A stretch of 64,000 nucleotides of DNA from an uncultured bacterium (GCA_963825135.1 CAWGRW010000009.1:1312001-1376000); one strand, 5' to 3'. Counted from the stretch's first letter, positions 20,144 to 30,552 are shown. Made by a program: numbers and translations. Notes: generated by a model from the letters alone, not told the origin.

Positions 20144-21622
20144 ATGCATACGTTGTCTGACCTCTTTTCATCGGCTGCCGCGAAGTTCTCCTCGCGTACC
20201 GCCGTCATAGAAGACGATAAGAGCGTCACATATAAAGAACTCTCTCAAATGGCCGCGAGCCTCTCGTCCTTCTTCTCATCGAGGGGGGTCGGAAAAGGGG
20301 ACAGGGTCGCCATATTCCTCCCGAATTCCATCGAATTCATTGCCGCTGTATTCGGCACGGCATTGTCGGGCGCGGTATCTGTCCCGATCAATAGCTCATT
20401 TAAGATCGACGATATAAATTTTTATCTCGAGCATTCGGCCGCGAAGCTTCTCGTGACCGGGGACGGGTTGATGAGCACGGCTTCGGCGGCCTCGTCCGGC
20501 AGGGAGATGGAAGTCGTCTCGATAAAGGGGGCCGACGCGTTATGGAAATTCCCCGGGGAATACCCGGTCGCGCCCCCGGCTGTCGACGCCGCGCCCGGGG
20601 ACGAGGCGATATATCTCTACTCTACCGGGTCCACCGGAAAACCGAAGAGGGTGGCGAGGACTCACTACAATCTCTCGGCCCTCGCTGACAACCACACGGA
20701 AACCGTGGGCTGGACGAAAGAGGACAGGATCCTCTTCGTCGTCCCAATTTCGCACACATACGGCTTCGGGAACTTTATAAGCGCCGTTAAAGCGGGCGCC
20801 GCCGTGGTCGTTACAGGCGAGTTTAACAGGAACAGGGTTCTCGATCTACTCGAAAATGAGTCGATAACGGCCTTCCCGGCTGTCCCCGTCATGCTCGACG
20901 TGCTCTCGAAGACTTACACGGACGCGCCCAGGGATTTATCGTCCCTGAAGCTGGTTATCTCTGCGGGCGCCCCGCTTGGGGAAGAGACCTTCCTCAGGTT
21001 CCATGAGAAATTCTCCGTCTACCCGAGACAGCTCTACGGATCGACCGAGACCGGGGTCATCTCGATCAACCTCTGCCCCGAAGGCGAAATAGCGGAAAGG
21101 TTTAATTCGGTGGGAAGGCCCGTGAGCAACGTCGTGGTCAGGGTCTTCGGCGATGACGGCGAAGAGGCCCGGGTCGGCGATACCGGCGAGCTCGCGGTCA
21201 GGAGCCCTTCGATGACGTCCGGGTATTACGGACTCCCCGAAGAAACGGCCCGGGTATTTAAAAACGGCTACTACTTCACCGGCGACCTCGGGTTTATCGA
21301 CGGGGGCGGTTATATCTATATAACGGGCCGGAGGAAATTTCTCATCAACGTGGGCGGGTTCAAGGTCGATCCCGTCGAGGTCGAGAATCTACTCTCGCTT
21401 CACCCGGATATTGCCGAGTGCGCGGTATTGGGAATTACGGACAGGTCCGGTAACGAGCGGGTGAAGGCGGTCATCGTCGCCCGCGGCCCTGTCGAGACCA
21501 GGGAAGTGCTCGAATTCTGCAGGGGCAGGATAGCCGAATACAAGGTTCCTCACGTCGTCGAATTCCGCAGCGAGCTTCCCAGGAGCCCGACTGGTAAAAT
21601 ACTGCGCGAGCAATTAAAGTGA
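20144..21622 (+). CDS. Class I adenylate-forming enzyme (acyl-CoA/acyl-ACP ligase)
   Basis: YSTGSTGKPK, YGSTETG, TGDLG, PRSPTGKI. Confidence 0.92.
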   Translation: MHTLSDLFSSAAAKFSSRTAVIEDDKSVTYKELSQMAASLSSFFSSRGVGKGDRVAIFLPNSIEFIAAVFGTALSGAVSVPINSSFKIDDINFYLEHSAAKLLVTGDGLMSTASAASSGREMEVVSIKGADALWKFPGEYPVAPPAVDAAPGDEAIYLYSTGSTGKPKRVARTHYNLSALADNHTETVGWTKEDRILFVVPISHTYGFGNFISAVKAGAAVVVTGEFNRNRVLDLLENESITAFPAVPVMLDVLSKTYTDAPRDLSSLKLVISAGAPLGEETFLRFHEKFSVYPRQLYGSTETGVISINLCPEGEIAERFNSVGRPVSNVVVRVFGDDGEEARVGDTGELAVRSPSMTSGYYGLPEETARVFKNGYYFTGDLGFIDGGGYIYITGRRKFLINVGGFKVDPVEVENLLSLHPDIAECAVLGITDRSGNERVKAVIVARGPVETREVLEFCRGRIAEYKVPHVVEFRSELPRSPTGKILREQLK

Positions 21623-21648
21623 ATGCCTATGATAACGGGAAGGGTTTC

Positions 21649-21903
21649 ATGATAGAGGATATAAGGGCCAGGGTACGAACGGTCCTGGCCGAGAATATAT
21701 TGAAGGATGTAAACACCCGGGATTTGAGGGACGACACCCCGCTCCTTGACCTCGGCGTAGGTGTCGATTCGGTAGCCAGGCTCGAGTTCCTCGTGGCCCT
21801 CGAGGAAGAGTTCGGCGTCAGGCTCGACGAAAGCGATATAACCCCCGAATTTTTCGAGACGGTTGATAGTATCTCCGAGAACATATCGCGAAGGCTGGGT
21901 TAG
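21649..21903 (+). CDS. Acyl/aminoacyl carrier protein
   Basis: GVDSV phosphopantetheine site, LEEEFGV. Alternative GTG start 21619 overlaps the ligase stop. Confidence 0.88.
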   Translation: MIEDIRARVRTVLAENILKDVNTRDLRDDTPLLDLGVGVDSVARLEFLVALEEEFGVRLDESDITPEFFETVDSISENISRRLG

Positions 21904-21912
21904 TACCGGGCT

Positions 21913-22629
21913 CTAGTTTGTCAGGCCCTTGTCTTTTAAATATTTCTCGAACGAGTTGATGAATTCTTTCCTGACCCTCTCGCTCGCCCTCCCGATAGGC
22001 TCTATTACCGTCTTCTCGTAGAGCTCGAAAGCCGTGTCCTCGAGCTTCGTATCGCCGGTCGTCCTCGCGAGTCTCAACACCGCGATCGAGTTGTAAAATA
22101 TCGCTTTGAAAAGAGAGCTCCTCGCGTCGTTGAACTTGAATTCCTCGAGCGATTTCTGGGCTTCTAGAAGCGCGTAATACCCCACTCCGAAGAACAGCGT
22201 GAGCAGCTTTTTGGCCTCTTCCGGAGACATGCCTTCTATCAGATAGACGAGAGGGGCCTCTACTATGGATTCGAGCTCCTTCTCTCTGGTTATTATGTTG
22301 GCGAGCTCCTTTACCTTCTCGTCGTCGGCGTTGTTTATCAGGTCCTTCAACGCGCCCTGGACATATTCTAGCGCGAAGCTGTCCCTGATTTCATCGAGCG
22401 TGAGTCCTTCGGATTTTAGAGCTTTAATGTGTGCCAGCTTGTCGAGCGTAGCTTCGGGAAACACGAGATGCGTCTTGGTCACCCCGCCCCGGGTGAATTT
22501 CTTTCTTTTGGGTTTCGGTATAAGTCCCAGCCTGGAGCACACCCTGATCGTTTTTTCCGGGTCTGCCCCGAGGTCTATTTTTCTTTTTTTCGCTTCTCTT
22601 ATGATTTCCTCAAGTGAAATATCGGCCAT
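21913..22629 (-). CDS. MerR-like HTH protein with uncharacterised helical C-terminus
   Basis: KTIRVCSRLGLIPKPKR...FPEATLDKLAHIKALKSEGLTLDEIR matches the MerR winged-HTH pattern. Confidence 0.75.
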   Translation of the reverse strand: MADISLEEIIREAKKRKIDLGADPEKTIRVCSRLGLIPKPKRKKFTRGGVTKTHLVFPEATLDKLAHIKALKSEGLTLDEIRDSFALEYVQGALKDLINNADDEKVKELANIITREKELESIVEAPLVYLIEGMSPEEAKKLLTLFFGVGYYALLEAQKSLEEFKFNDARSSLFKAIFYNSIAVLRLARTTGDTKLEDTAFELYEKTVIEPIGRASERVRKEFINSFEKYLKDKGLTN

Positions 22630-22834
22630 ACCATGATATTAAGCAGTATATGAAGCCTTTGTCAATCGGTTTTTTATTGACTTTCGGTAAGTTATGTCGT
22701 GATTGTTTCTGAAGATACAGGGCGGATTGATTAATTGTTTTCAGGCGTCCCGCAAGCGCCGATAACGATGACCCATCGTCCGATATTCTATCCGTTTGAT
22801 TGATTTTAAACGGGATTTGGTTTATTACTTTGTT

Positions 22835-23596
22835 ATGGCGAAGAGCACGCTCGTTTTGTACGAGCCCCTTAACGGTCTGATGGAAAAAAACTATTACTGG
22901 ACGGAGTACGTGCACTTCTACGAGCAGTATTGGGGCGGCCCGACTTCCCCCTTCGGCGTGTGGTTCGGAAACGAATACGAATCCTTCATAAACGCTCTCT
23001 CCGGGCACCTGGGCATGGATCAGGACGATGTCGAGCACTGTTTCTTTACGAAGGACGAGGAAGGGAAATATTACGTCGCTCCCTTTCAATCGAAGGCCAA
23101 TTTATTTTTCTGCGAAAACTTCATCCCCGTCGAGTGGTTTATGCTGTTCAACGAGGACGATAGGCAGACCCTCTACACGCACTGGGGTTTCAATGCGCTG
23201 CATTACGATACGCGTGTCCAAAAGGCCCTCGAAAGGCTGGACGAGGCAGGGAAAATACTTTCCGGAGTCGTTAACGAGCACCCGGGGGACCTGGACAACA
23301 CAACTTACACGTATATCGCCGATAGCATATCCGCGGGACACACCGAGCTTAAAACGTGGCTATCCGGTTTCGACCCGGCCGGTTTCATAGTTTTGAACTA
23401 CGGCGAGCTTTGTTCCGTTATCAATCCCTACAGTCTGGAGCGCGAGCGCTCGGTCGAGGAGACCTGGAAGTTCCTTCGCATGTTGAAAGAGGGGAGTTTC
23501 GGCGATGCCGACAGCTCGCTTAAGACATTCATGCGGAAGTGGGACGATATAAGGAACTACGCCTCCGGAAGCCTGGATAATTCCACTCTTCAGTGA
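22835..23596 (+). CDS. Hypothetical protein
   Basis: Long ORF with globular, aromatic-rich composition; see findings. Confidence 0.8.
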   Translation: MAKSTLVLYEPLNGLMEKNYYWTEYVHFYEQYWGGPTSPFGVWFGNEYESFINALSGHLGMDQDDVEHCFFTKDEEGKYYVAPFQSKANLFFCENFIPVEWFMLFNEDDRQTLYTHWGFNALHYDTRVQKALERLDEAGKILSGVVNEHPGDLDNTTYTYIADSISAGHTELKTWLSGFDPAGFIVLNYGELCSVINPYSLERERSVEETWKFLRMLKEGSFGDADSSLKTFMRKWDDIRNYASGSLDNSTLQ

Positions 23597-23931
23597 GCCC
23601 CGCGAAATCCGGTCTCAAATCAATACGCGCCCGGCACGTATTCTCATAAACCTCTGTATATCTATTTTTTGTTTAGCCCCTCGCGAATGGTATCTATTGC
23701 CCTTTCGTATAACTAAATACGGACAGACGAGGGCGGATATTTCAAAAGCGCCCGTCATTTCACCGGACCAGGGCTTCATTATCGGTCTTTTCTCCAATGA
23801 TTTAGTTGAGTTATAGCAAATAATTTGAATCTGAAACCAAATCCCGTTCGTACTGGTTTATAGATGTATAAGATTGAGTCATATGAATCCGGATGCTGGT
23901 AAGACACATCTCAAAATGAAGGAGGCTGTTA

Positions 23932-25167
23932 ATGTTAAGAAAGCCTGAATTTATAGACGTTTTTGACGATTTTGGGGTTAGTCATGCGGAATCGATAGCG
24001 GAGAGTTTCGAACAGAGCGGAATCGAGGATATCGAGCTCTTTTTTGACGAAGATATACAGCCGGTCGAGGATACCGATCAAAACGCTGCCGAAGAATCCG
24101 GCCCGGAGCCGGAAATAAGTCAGGATCTAAGGCTGGTCAACGCATATTTCAAGGAGGTCAGCACGGAGACTCTCCTGGCTCCTAACGAAGAAGCCCACGT
24201 AGCGGCCAAGATAAAATGCTGTGAGGACAGAGCCAAGGCGGTCCTGAAAAGGATTGAAAGGATCCTGGGGAAAAAGATAGGGGGCGACATCTCCGAGCTT
24301 CGTTCCGAAGCGAAGAATTTAATCGAGATAAACAACGTAAACAACTCTTCCGCGAACGGGATAAAGAATTTGAAATCCGGGAGGGACTTCACCCTGCTCG
24401 TGAACCTGTACGAGGCGTATGTGACGAAAGGCTTTCAGATGAGGAACAGGTTTATCAAAGCCAACCTGCGGCTCGTCGCGAGCATGGCGAAAAGGTATGT
24501 AGGCAGGGGTGTCCCGTTTCTGGATCTGATCCAGGAGGGCAACCTAGGGTTGATCAAGGCCGTCGAGCGGTTCGACCACACGAAGGGGTACAGGTTTTCC
24601 ACTTATGCCTGCTGGTGGATAAATCAGGCGATGACGAGGGGAATATTCAACCAGACGAGGACAGTCAAAATGCCCGCGTACCTGCTCGAAAAAGCGGGGA
24701 AAGTGAGGCACGTCAAGAGGGTTTTGACGAATGACTACGAGAGAGAGCCCTACGCCGAGGAGATTGCCGAGAAGGCTCAGATGAGCGTGGAGAACGTAAA
24801 AAGGATTCTGGAGTCGAGCGTCAATAAAGTCGTGAGGCTCGATACGCCCGTCTGGAACGGAGAGAAGGTTACGTATATGGACTACATGGAAGATTCGAGC
24901 TCGCTCGAAGTGGACAGCGTGATTGCGGAGATTTCAATACCGGAGAACATCAACTCCGCTCTCCTGATGCTGTCGATGAGGGAGAGGGAGGTCGTAAAGA
25001 TGAGGTTCGGGATCGGCTACGACGGCCCGTATACGCTCGACGAGATCGGAAGGAAGTTCCGATTGACCAGAGAGAGGATCAGGCAGATAGAAAAAAAGGC
25101 CCTCGACAGGATTAAGAGGTCAAAATCCGCCCCGGTACTCAGGAGCTTGATGGAAGTTTATAACTGA
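23932..25167 (+). CDS. RpoD/RpoS-family (non-primary) sigma70 factor
   Basis: ANLRLVASMAKRY, DLIQEGNLGLIKAVERFD, TLDEIGRKFRLTRERIRQIE; AAGGAGG SD; short acidic N-terminus. Confidence 0.93.
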   Translation: MLRKPEFIDVFDDFGVSHAESIAESFEQSGIEDIELFFDEDIQPVEDTDQNAAEESGPEPEISQDLRLVNAYFKEVSTETLLAPNEEAHVAAKIKCCEDRAKAVLKRIERILGKKIGGDISELRSEAKNLIEINNVNNSSANGIKNLKSGRDFTLLVNLYEAYVTKGFQMRNRFIKANLRLVASMAKRYVGRGVPFLDLIQEGNLGLIKAVERFDHTKGYRFSTYACWWINQAMTRGIFNQTRTVKMPAYLLEKAGKVRHVKRVLTNDYEREPYAEEIAEKAQMSVENVKRILESSVNKVVRLDTPVWNGEKVTYMDYMEDSSSLEVDSVIAEISIPENINSALLMLSMREREVVKMRFGIGYDGPYTLDEIGRKFRLTRERIRQIEKKALDRIKRSKSAPVLRSLMEVYN

Positions 25168-25334
25168 TGGTCTGAAAGGCGCCCGAGAAACCGCAGAGCG
25201 CCGTAATATCCGGATAGACAATAAAGCTCAATCGGGGTGCACCCGGGGCAACCGGCTCTGCACCCCTGATTATTTTCTTCCCGATCGCCGGTACCCCCTC
25301 CGCTCGTGTATATTATCGGTTTATTCGCCCTTAA

Positions 25335-25991
25335 ATGAAAGCCGAATATATATCCCGAGTCGTACGTATATTGAAAAAGGAATCCCCCGAATGGGGCGTG
25401 CCCGCGGTGACGCTCGAGGCCGAGACCTCGCGCGATCCCTTCAGGGTCCTCATCTCCACGGTGCTCAGCCTGAGGACGAAAGACGAGACCACTGCCGGGG
25501 CGTCGGGGAGGTTGTTCGCCCTGGCCGATAGCCCCAAGGACATGCTCGGGCTCGGCGAGAAAGTGATTACGGAGGCGATATACCCGGTCGGGTTTTACAG
25601 GACCAAGGCTAGGAACATCCTCGGGATTTGCCGTGAGCTCATAGATAAATACGGCTCGAGGGTGCCGGACGATCTCGATGAGCTGCTTCTCCTGAGGGGC
25701 GTCGGCAGAAAGACCGCGAACCTCGTCCTGACGCTAGGCTACGGAAAACACGGCATATGCGTCGACACGCACGTTCATAGAATCACCAACAGGCTCGGAT
25801 ACATCCGGACCGCCACCCCGTACGACACCGAAATGGCGCTAAGGGCAAAACTCCCGAAGAGACACTGGATAGATTACAACAGCCTGCTCGTGGCGTTCGG
25901 CCAGTATATCTGCCGCCCCGTTTCGCCTAAATGCAGCGTCTGCCCGGTCCAAGCGTTTTGCGATAAGGTCGGGGTTGTAAAGAGCCGCTGA
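25335..25991 (+). CDS. nth: Endonuclease III
   Basis: HhH motif GVGRKTANLV, VDTHVHR, Fe-S motif CRPVSPKCSVCPVQAFC. Confidence 0.94.
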   Translation: MKAEYISRVVRILKKESPEWGVPAVTLEAETSRDPFRVLISTVLSLRTKDETTAGASGRLFALADSPKDMLGLGEKVITEAIYPVGFYRTKARNILGICRELIDKYGSRVPDDLDELLLLRGVGRKTANLVLTLGYGKHGICVDTHVHRITNRLGYIRTATPYDTEMALRAKLPKRHWIDYNSLLVAFGQYICRPVSPKCSVCPVQAFCDKVGVVKSR

Positions 25992-26029
25992 AACAGGCGT
26001 CAATCCGGGAAATTATATTGCCTCCGAGT

Positions 26030-26057
26030 TTGACTATCCCGCTATCTCAAATATAAT
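26030..26057 (+). promoter_or_regulatory. Putative sigma70 promoter of nuoJKL
   Basis: TTGACT, 16 bp, TATAAT. Confidence 0.6.
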
Positions 26058-26111
26058 TCATTCACCTCTTAAAAGGCTCGCTTGTCCGTATATCCGGGAG
26101 GTCTTTACGGT

Positions 26112-26621
26112 TTGGAAACAGTCGTGTTTTACGTGTTTGCGGCCCTTTCAGTTGCCGGGGCTCTCCTTGTCATAATGCACGATAACCCGGTCTCGAGCGC
26201 TGTCTCGCTCGTCCTCACCCTCTTTTCGACCGCAGTCCTTTTCGTCCTCCTCCTCGCCCACTTCATAGCTGCCGTACAGATACTCGTTTACGCGGGCGCG
26301 ATAATGATCCTGTTCCTGTTTACGGTAATGTTTTTGAACCTGAGGCCGGAGGCCCTCAGGTTCGACGCCAAAAATATGGCCTTTAAAGTCAGTGTTTTCC
26401 TCGTCGTACTTCTGTTTACGGGTTATTTCGCCAGCGTCGCGTTTAATAAGGCGTTTCCTGACGGCAATGCGCAGCCGGCACTTCAGGAAGGGTTCGGGAC
26501 GGTCGAGAGTATCGGAAAGCTCCTCTTCAGCGATTTCCTTCTGCCTTTCGAGCTCACTTCGGTTCTGATTGTGGCCGCGATAATAGGCGTCGTCGCGATA
26601 GCGAAAAGGAGGGAGAGCTGA
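26112..26621 (+). CDS. nuoJ: NADH-quinone oxidoreductase subunit J
   Basis: NPVSSA, QILVYAGAIMILFLF, PFELTSVL; TTG start behind GGAGG. Confidence 0.93.
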   Translation: METVVFYVFAALSVAGALLVIMHDNPVSSAVSLVLTLFSTAVLFVLLLAHFIAAVQILVYAGAIMILFLFTVMFLNLRPEALRFDAKNMAFKVSVFLVVLLFTGYFASVAFNKAFPDGNAQPALQEGFGTVESIGKLLFSDFLLPFELTSVLIVAAIIGVVAIAKRRES

Positions 26622-26622
26622 G

Positions 26623-26928
26623 TTGAGCATCACGGTGGAGCACTACTTTGTCTTAAGCGCCATCTTATTCGTCATAGGTGCCTACGGCGTGATCGCCAGG
26701 AGGAACCTCATCGTAGTACTGATGTCCCTCGAGCTTATGCTGAATTCCGCCAACCTGGCGTTTGTAGCCTTTTCCAGGGCCCATAACGATATGACCGGCC
26801 AGATATTCATGATTATGTCGATAACCGTCGCCGCCGCCGAGGTGGCTGTAGGGCTGGCGCTCGTAGTTGCGGTTTACGCGCACAGGGAGACGCTCGACGT
26901 AGATATCCTAAAGATTCTAAAAGGTTAG
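26623..26928 (+). CDS. nuoK: NADH-quinone oxidoreductase subunit K
   Basis: RRNLI...ELMLNSAN...AAAEVAVGLA. Confidence 0.95.
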   Translation: MSITVEHYFVLSAILFVIGAYGVIARRNLIVVLMSLELMLNSANLAFVAFSRAHNDMTGQIFMIMSITVAAAEVAVGLALVVAVYAHRETLDVDILKILKG

Positions 26929-26935
26929 ATAAACG

Positions 26936-28912
26936 ATGATAGTCTGGATTATTTTGATACCACTGTTCGGCGCGATGATCAACGGGCTTTTTTTTGCTTC
27001 GGGGTTCTGGAAGAAATACCTCCGCGGCGGCGAACATACGGAAAGGACGGTCGTGAGCATAGTAGGGTGCGGCGTAGTGCTCGTATCCGCGCTCATATCG
27101 TCGGTTCTTTTTTTCAGGCTCCTGTCCCTGGATCCTTCCCGGAGAGAGATAATACAGAACCTTTTCGTATGGATACGGTCCGGCAGCTTTACCGTAAGCT
27201 TCGAGCTTCTCTTCGATACCCTGTCGTGCGTAATGGCGCTTATCGTCACATGGGTCGGTTTCCTGATACACGTCTATTCGGTCGGATACATGCATCACGA
27301 CGAGGCTTACTCGAAGTACTTCGCTTACCTGAACATATTTATTTTTTTCATGCTCACCCTCGTCCTCGGGAACAGCTTCCCGCTCATGTTCGTCGGCTGG
27401 GAGGGGGTAGGGCTCGCCTCCTTTCTCCTGATAGGGTTCTGGTACGAGAATCCCGAGAACGCCGATGCCGGAAGGAAGGCGTTTATCGTCAACAGGATCG
27501 GAGACTTCGGGTTCATTCTCGGAATATTCCTCATATTCTTCGTATTCGGTTCCGTCAATTATCAGGAGGTATTCGGGAAGGCCTCGGACCCCGCATTCAT
27601 GAGCGCAGTCCCCGCAGTCGTTATGACGGTCATTGCCCTCCTTCTCTTCGTCGGAGCGGTCGGCAAGTCGGCGCAGATACCTCTTTATGTATGGCTCCCC
27701 GACGCAATGGCTGGCCCCACCCCCGTAAGCGCGCTCATACATGCGGCTACGATGGTCACCGCCGGCGCCTACATGATCGCCAGGTGTAACGTAATTTATT
27801 CCCAGTCTCCCACAGCGCAGATGGTCGTCGTCACCATCGCGGCCCTTACCTCGTTCCTCGCGGCCACTATAGCGATCACCCAAAACGACATCAAGAAGGT
27901 TCTCGCGTATTCCACCATTAGCCAGCTCGGCTACATGTTCATGGGGATCGGAGTTGGGGCCTATACCGCCGGCTTATTCCATCTTGTAACCCATGCGTTC
28001 TTTAAAGCCCTGTTGTTTTTAGGGTCGGGAAGCGTGATACACGCGCTCTCGGGCGAGCAGGACATTAGGCACATGGGCGGGCTCAGGAAATTCATACCGA
28101 CCACGGCAATCACGTTCCTGATCGGAACGCTCGCCATAGCCGGCATCCCCTTTTTCTCGGGCTTTTTCAGCAAGGACGGCATACTGGGCGCCGTCTACGA
28201 ACGCGGTTACTCCATACACTGGCTGATCGGCCTCGTCACGGTCATACTGACGGCACTGTACATGGGCAGGCTCTACCTCCTCACTTTCGAGGGCAAATCC
28301 AGGGTCGCCAACAAGATACGGGGCCATATACACGAGTCTCCCCTGACAATGACCATACCTCTTATGGTACTCGCTTTCCTTTCGATCGCGGGGGGGTATA
28401 TGGGTGTTCCCGAGTTCATGGGAGAGCTCGTGGGGATACACGAATCGAACCTCTTCGATAAGTTCGTTTCCTCGTCTATATCTATGGATAATTTCGTTTC
28501 AGCCGGGCATCATTTATTCAGCCATACGACGCTGATAATATTCTCGATAACGGCCGGCGTCGCCGGCATCGCAGCCGCCTGTTATTTCTATTACTTTAAG
28601 CCCTCGCTTCCCGAGAGGATAGCCTCTGACAAGACAATCGAGCCCCTCTACGAGGGCTCGCTCCACAAATGGTACGTGGATGAGCTCTATAGCTATGTTT
28701 TCATTCAGCCGTTCAGGTACCTCTCCGAGCAGGCCTCGAAATTCGATATCAGGTTCATAGACGGGGCCGTAAACGGAGTCGCCGATGCCTTGAAGGAGAT
28801 GGCGTTTACACTCCAGGCCGCCCAGAGCGGGGCACTCCGCAGCTACGCCACGCTTATGGCCATCGGGGCTTTCGCCATACTGGTATTCATCATTGTCTGG
28901 CATAGTCTTTAA
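26936..28912 (+). CDS. nuoL: NADH-quinone oxidoreductase subunit L
   Basis: GWEGVG, NRIGD, KSAQIPLYVWLPDAMAGPTPVSALIHAATMV, HAFFKA. Confidence 0.96.
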   Translation: MIVWIILIPLFGAMINGLFFASGFWKKYLRGGEHTERTVVSIVGCGVVLVSALISSVLFFRLLSLDPSRREIIQNLFVWIRSGSFTVSFELLFDTLSCVMALIVTWVGFLIHVYSVGYMHHDEAYSKYFAYLNIFIFFMLTLVLGNSFPLMFVGWEGVGLASFLLIGFWYENPENADAGRKAFIVNRIGDFGFILGIFLIFFVFGSVNYQEVFGKASDPAFMSAVPAVVMTVIALLLFVGAVGKSAQIPLYVWLPDAMAGPTPVSALIHAATMVTAGAYMIARCNVIYSQSPTAQMVVVTIAALTSFLAATIAITQNDIKKVLAYSTISQLGYMFMGIGVGAYTAGLFHLVTHAFFKALLFLGSGSVIHALSGEQDIRHMGGLRKFIPTTAITFLIGTLAIAGIPFFSGFFSKDGILGAVYERGYSIHWLIGLVTVILTALYMGRLYLLTFEGKSRVANKIRGHIHESPLTMTIPLMVLAFLSIAGGYMGVPEFMGELVGIHESNLFDKFVSSSISMDNFVSAGHHLFSHTTLIIFSITAGVAGIAAACYFYYFKPSLPERIASDKTIEPLYEGSLHKWYVDELYSYVFIQPFRYLSEQASKFDIRFIDGAVNGVADALKEMAFTLQAAQSGALRSYATLMAIGAFAILVFIIVWHSL

Positions 28913-29060
28913 AGCGGGTCTGAATTCTCTCCTGCCCGGATGACTCGTAATCTCTCGGCATGTATTCCTTATAGTAAGACGACCTGTTCGGAAACGCTCC
29001 GCGCTCCGCTCAAATTGCACAGTCGATTTTATCGGATGATTTTTTTGCCGCACCGGGCAT

Positions 29061-29099
29061 AAAAAAAGGCGGCGACTCTTCTCGGAGCCGCCGCCTTTT
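29061..29099 (-). terminator. Intrinsic terminator of glnB-glnA (possibly bidirectional)
   Basis: Minus strand AGGCGGCGGCTC-loop-GAGTCGCCGCCT (one G-U pair) followed by a T run. Confidence 0.85.
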
Positions 29100-29130
29100 A
29101 AATCTTTCATACGCCGTGGGGCGTTTTTGT

Positions 29131-30552
29131 TTACACGTCGAAGTAAAGTTTGAACTCGTAGGGCACGGGTCTCAGCTTTACGGGGTTTACTTCCTTATCG
29201 ATCTTGTACTCGATCCAGGTCTCGATAACGTCTTCGGTGAAGACATCGCCCTTCATAAGGAATTCATGGTCGTTCTCGAGCGCCTTCAAGGCGTCTTCGA
29301 GCGATCCCGGTACGTTCGGGATGCCTGCCAGCTCCTCGGGTCCCAATGCGTATATGTCCTTATCGAGCGGCTCACCCGGGCTGAGCTTCTTCTCAATTCC
29401 GTCGAGTCCCGCCATAAGCATGGCGGAAAACGCGAGGTAACCGTTACACGAAGGGTCCGGGAACCTGCACTCGAGCCTCTTCGCCTTCGGGCTCGGGGAG
29501 TACATGGGGATCCTGATCGCGGCGCTCCTGTTCCTTGCCGAGTAGGCCAGGTTAACCGGGGCTTCAAAACCGGGCACGAGCCTCCTGTAGGAATTCGTTA
29601 TCGGGTTCGTAAATGCGCATATCGCCCTTGCGTGCTTCAGGATGCCGCCTATATAGTTCATAGCGAGGTCGCTCATGCCCGCGTAACCGTTACCGGCGAA
29701 AAGCGGTTTGTCCTTTTTCCATATCGATTGGTGAACGTGCATGCCGGAGCCGTTGTCTTCGAAAAGGGGCTTGGGCATGAACGTAACCGTCCGTCCGAAC
29801 TTTTTCGCTACGTTTTTGATCACGTACTTATACCACATCATCTGGTCCCCCATCTGTACCAGCGGGGAGAACCTCATGTCGATTTCGCACTGGCCCGCCG
29901 TGGCTACCTCGTGATGGTGGGCCTCGATCTCGATTCCCAGTTTCTCAAGCACTACCACCATTTCTGAACGCATGTCCTGGAACGTATCGGACGGCGGAGT
30001 GGGGAAGTACCCTTCTTTATGCCTCGGCTTATAACCCAGATTCGGGTTTTCGTCCCTTCCGGAATTCCATATACCTTCGATCGAATCAACGAAGTAATAA
30101 CCGCTGTTTGATGTCTGGTCGTACCTTACGTCGTCGAATATAAAGAACTCGAGCTCGGGTCCGAAAAACGCGTTATCTCCGATGCCGGTGCTTCTCAGAT
30201 AGGCCGCGGCCTTCTTCGCTATGTTGCGCGGGTCGCGGGAATAAGGCTCGCGGGTAATCGGGTCTACTATATCGCATATAATAGCTATGGTCGAGTGTGT
30301 CATAAACGGATCGATTCTCGCTGTTTCGGGATCGGGGATAACAAGCATGTCGCTCGCGTGGATCGACTGCCATCCTCTGATACTCGATCCGTCGAACCCG
30401 AGACCGTCTTCGAAAATACCCAGATCGAACACGTGTGCGGGAACGCTGAAATGCTGCCACATCCCCACGAAATCCAGAAATCGCAGATCGACGATTTCCA
30501 CACTGCTGTCTTTAATCATTTTTAATACATCCGAGGGTTTCTTGGGAAACAT
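29131..30552 (-). CDS. glnA: Glutamine synthetase type I
   Basis: [45 protein letters not shown] adenylylation-site region. Alternative start 30597. Confidence 0.98.
   Translation of the reverse strand: MFPKKPSDVLKMIKDSSVEIVDLRFLDFVGMWQHFSVPAHVFDLGIFEDGLGFDGSSIRGWQSIHASDMLVIPDPETARIDPFMTHSTIAIICDIVDPITREPYSRDPRNIAKKAAAYLRSTGIGDNAFFGPELEFFIFDDVRYDQTSNSGYYFVDSIEGIWNSGRDENPNLGYKPRHKEGYFPTPPSDTFQDMRSEMVVVLEKLGIEIEAHHHEVATAGQCEIDMRFSPLVQMGDQMMWYKYVIKNVAKKFGRTVTFMPKPLFEDNGSGMHVHQSIWKKDKPLFAGNGYAGMSDLAMNYIGGILKHARAICAFTNPITNSYRRLVPGFEAPVNLAYSARNRSAAIRIPMYSPSPKAKRLECRFPDPSCNGYLAFSAMLMAGLDGIEKKLSPGEPLDKDIYALGPEELAGIPNVPGSLEDALKALENDHEFLMKGDVFTEDVIETWIEYKIDKEVNPVKLRPVPYEFKLYFDV

Noticed and set aside
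26813..27883. Long antisense or alternate-frame ORFs (also 29116-29967, 46682-47491, 59547-60614)
   Set aside because: They are shadows of well-conserved genes in GC-rich codon usage and carry no recognisable motifs.
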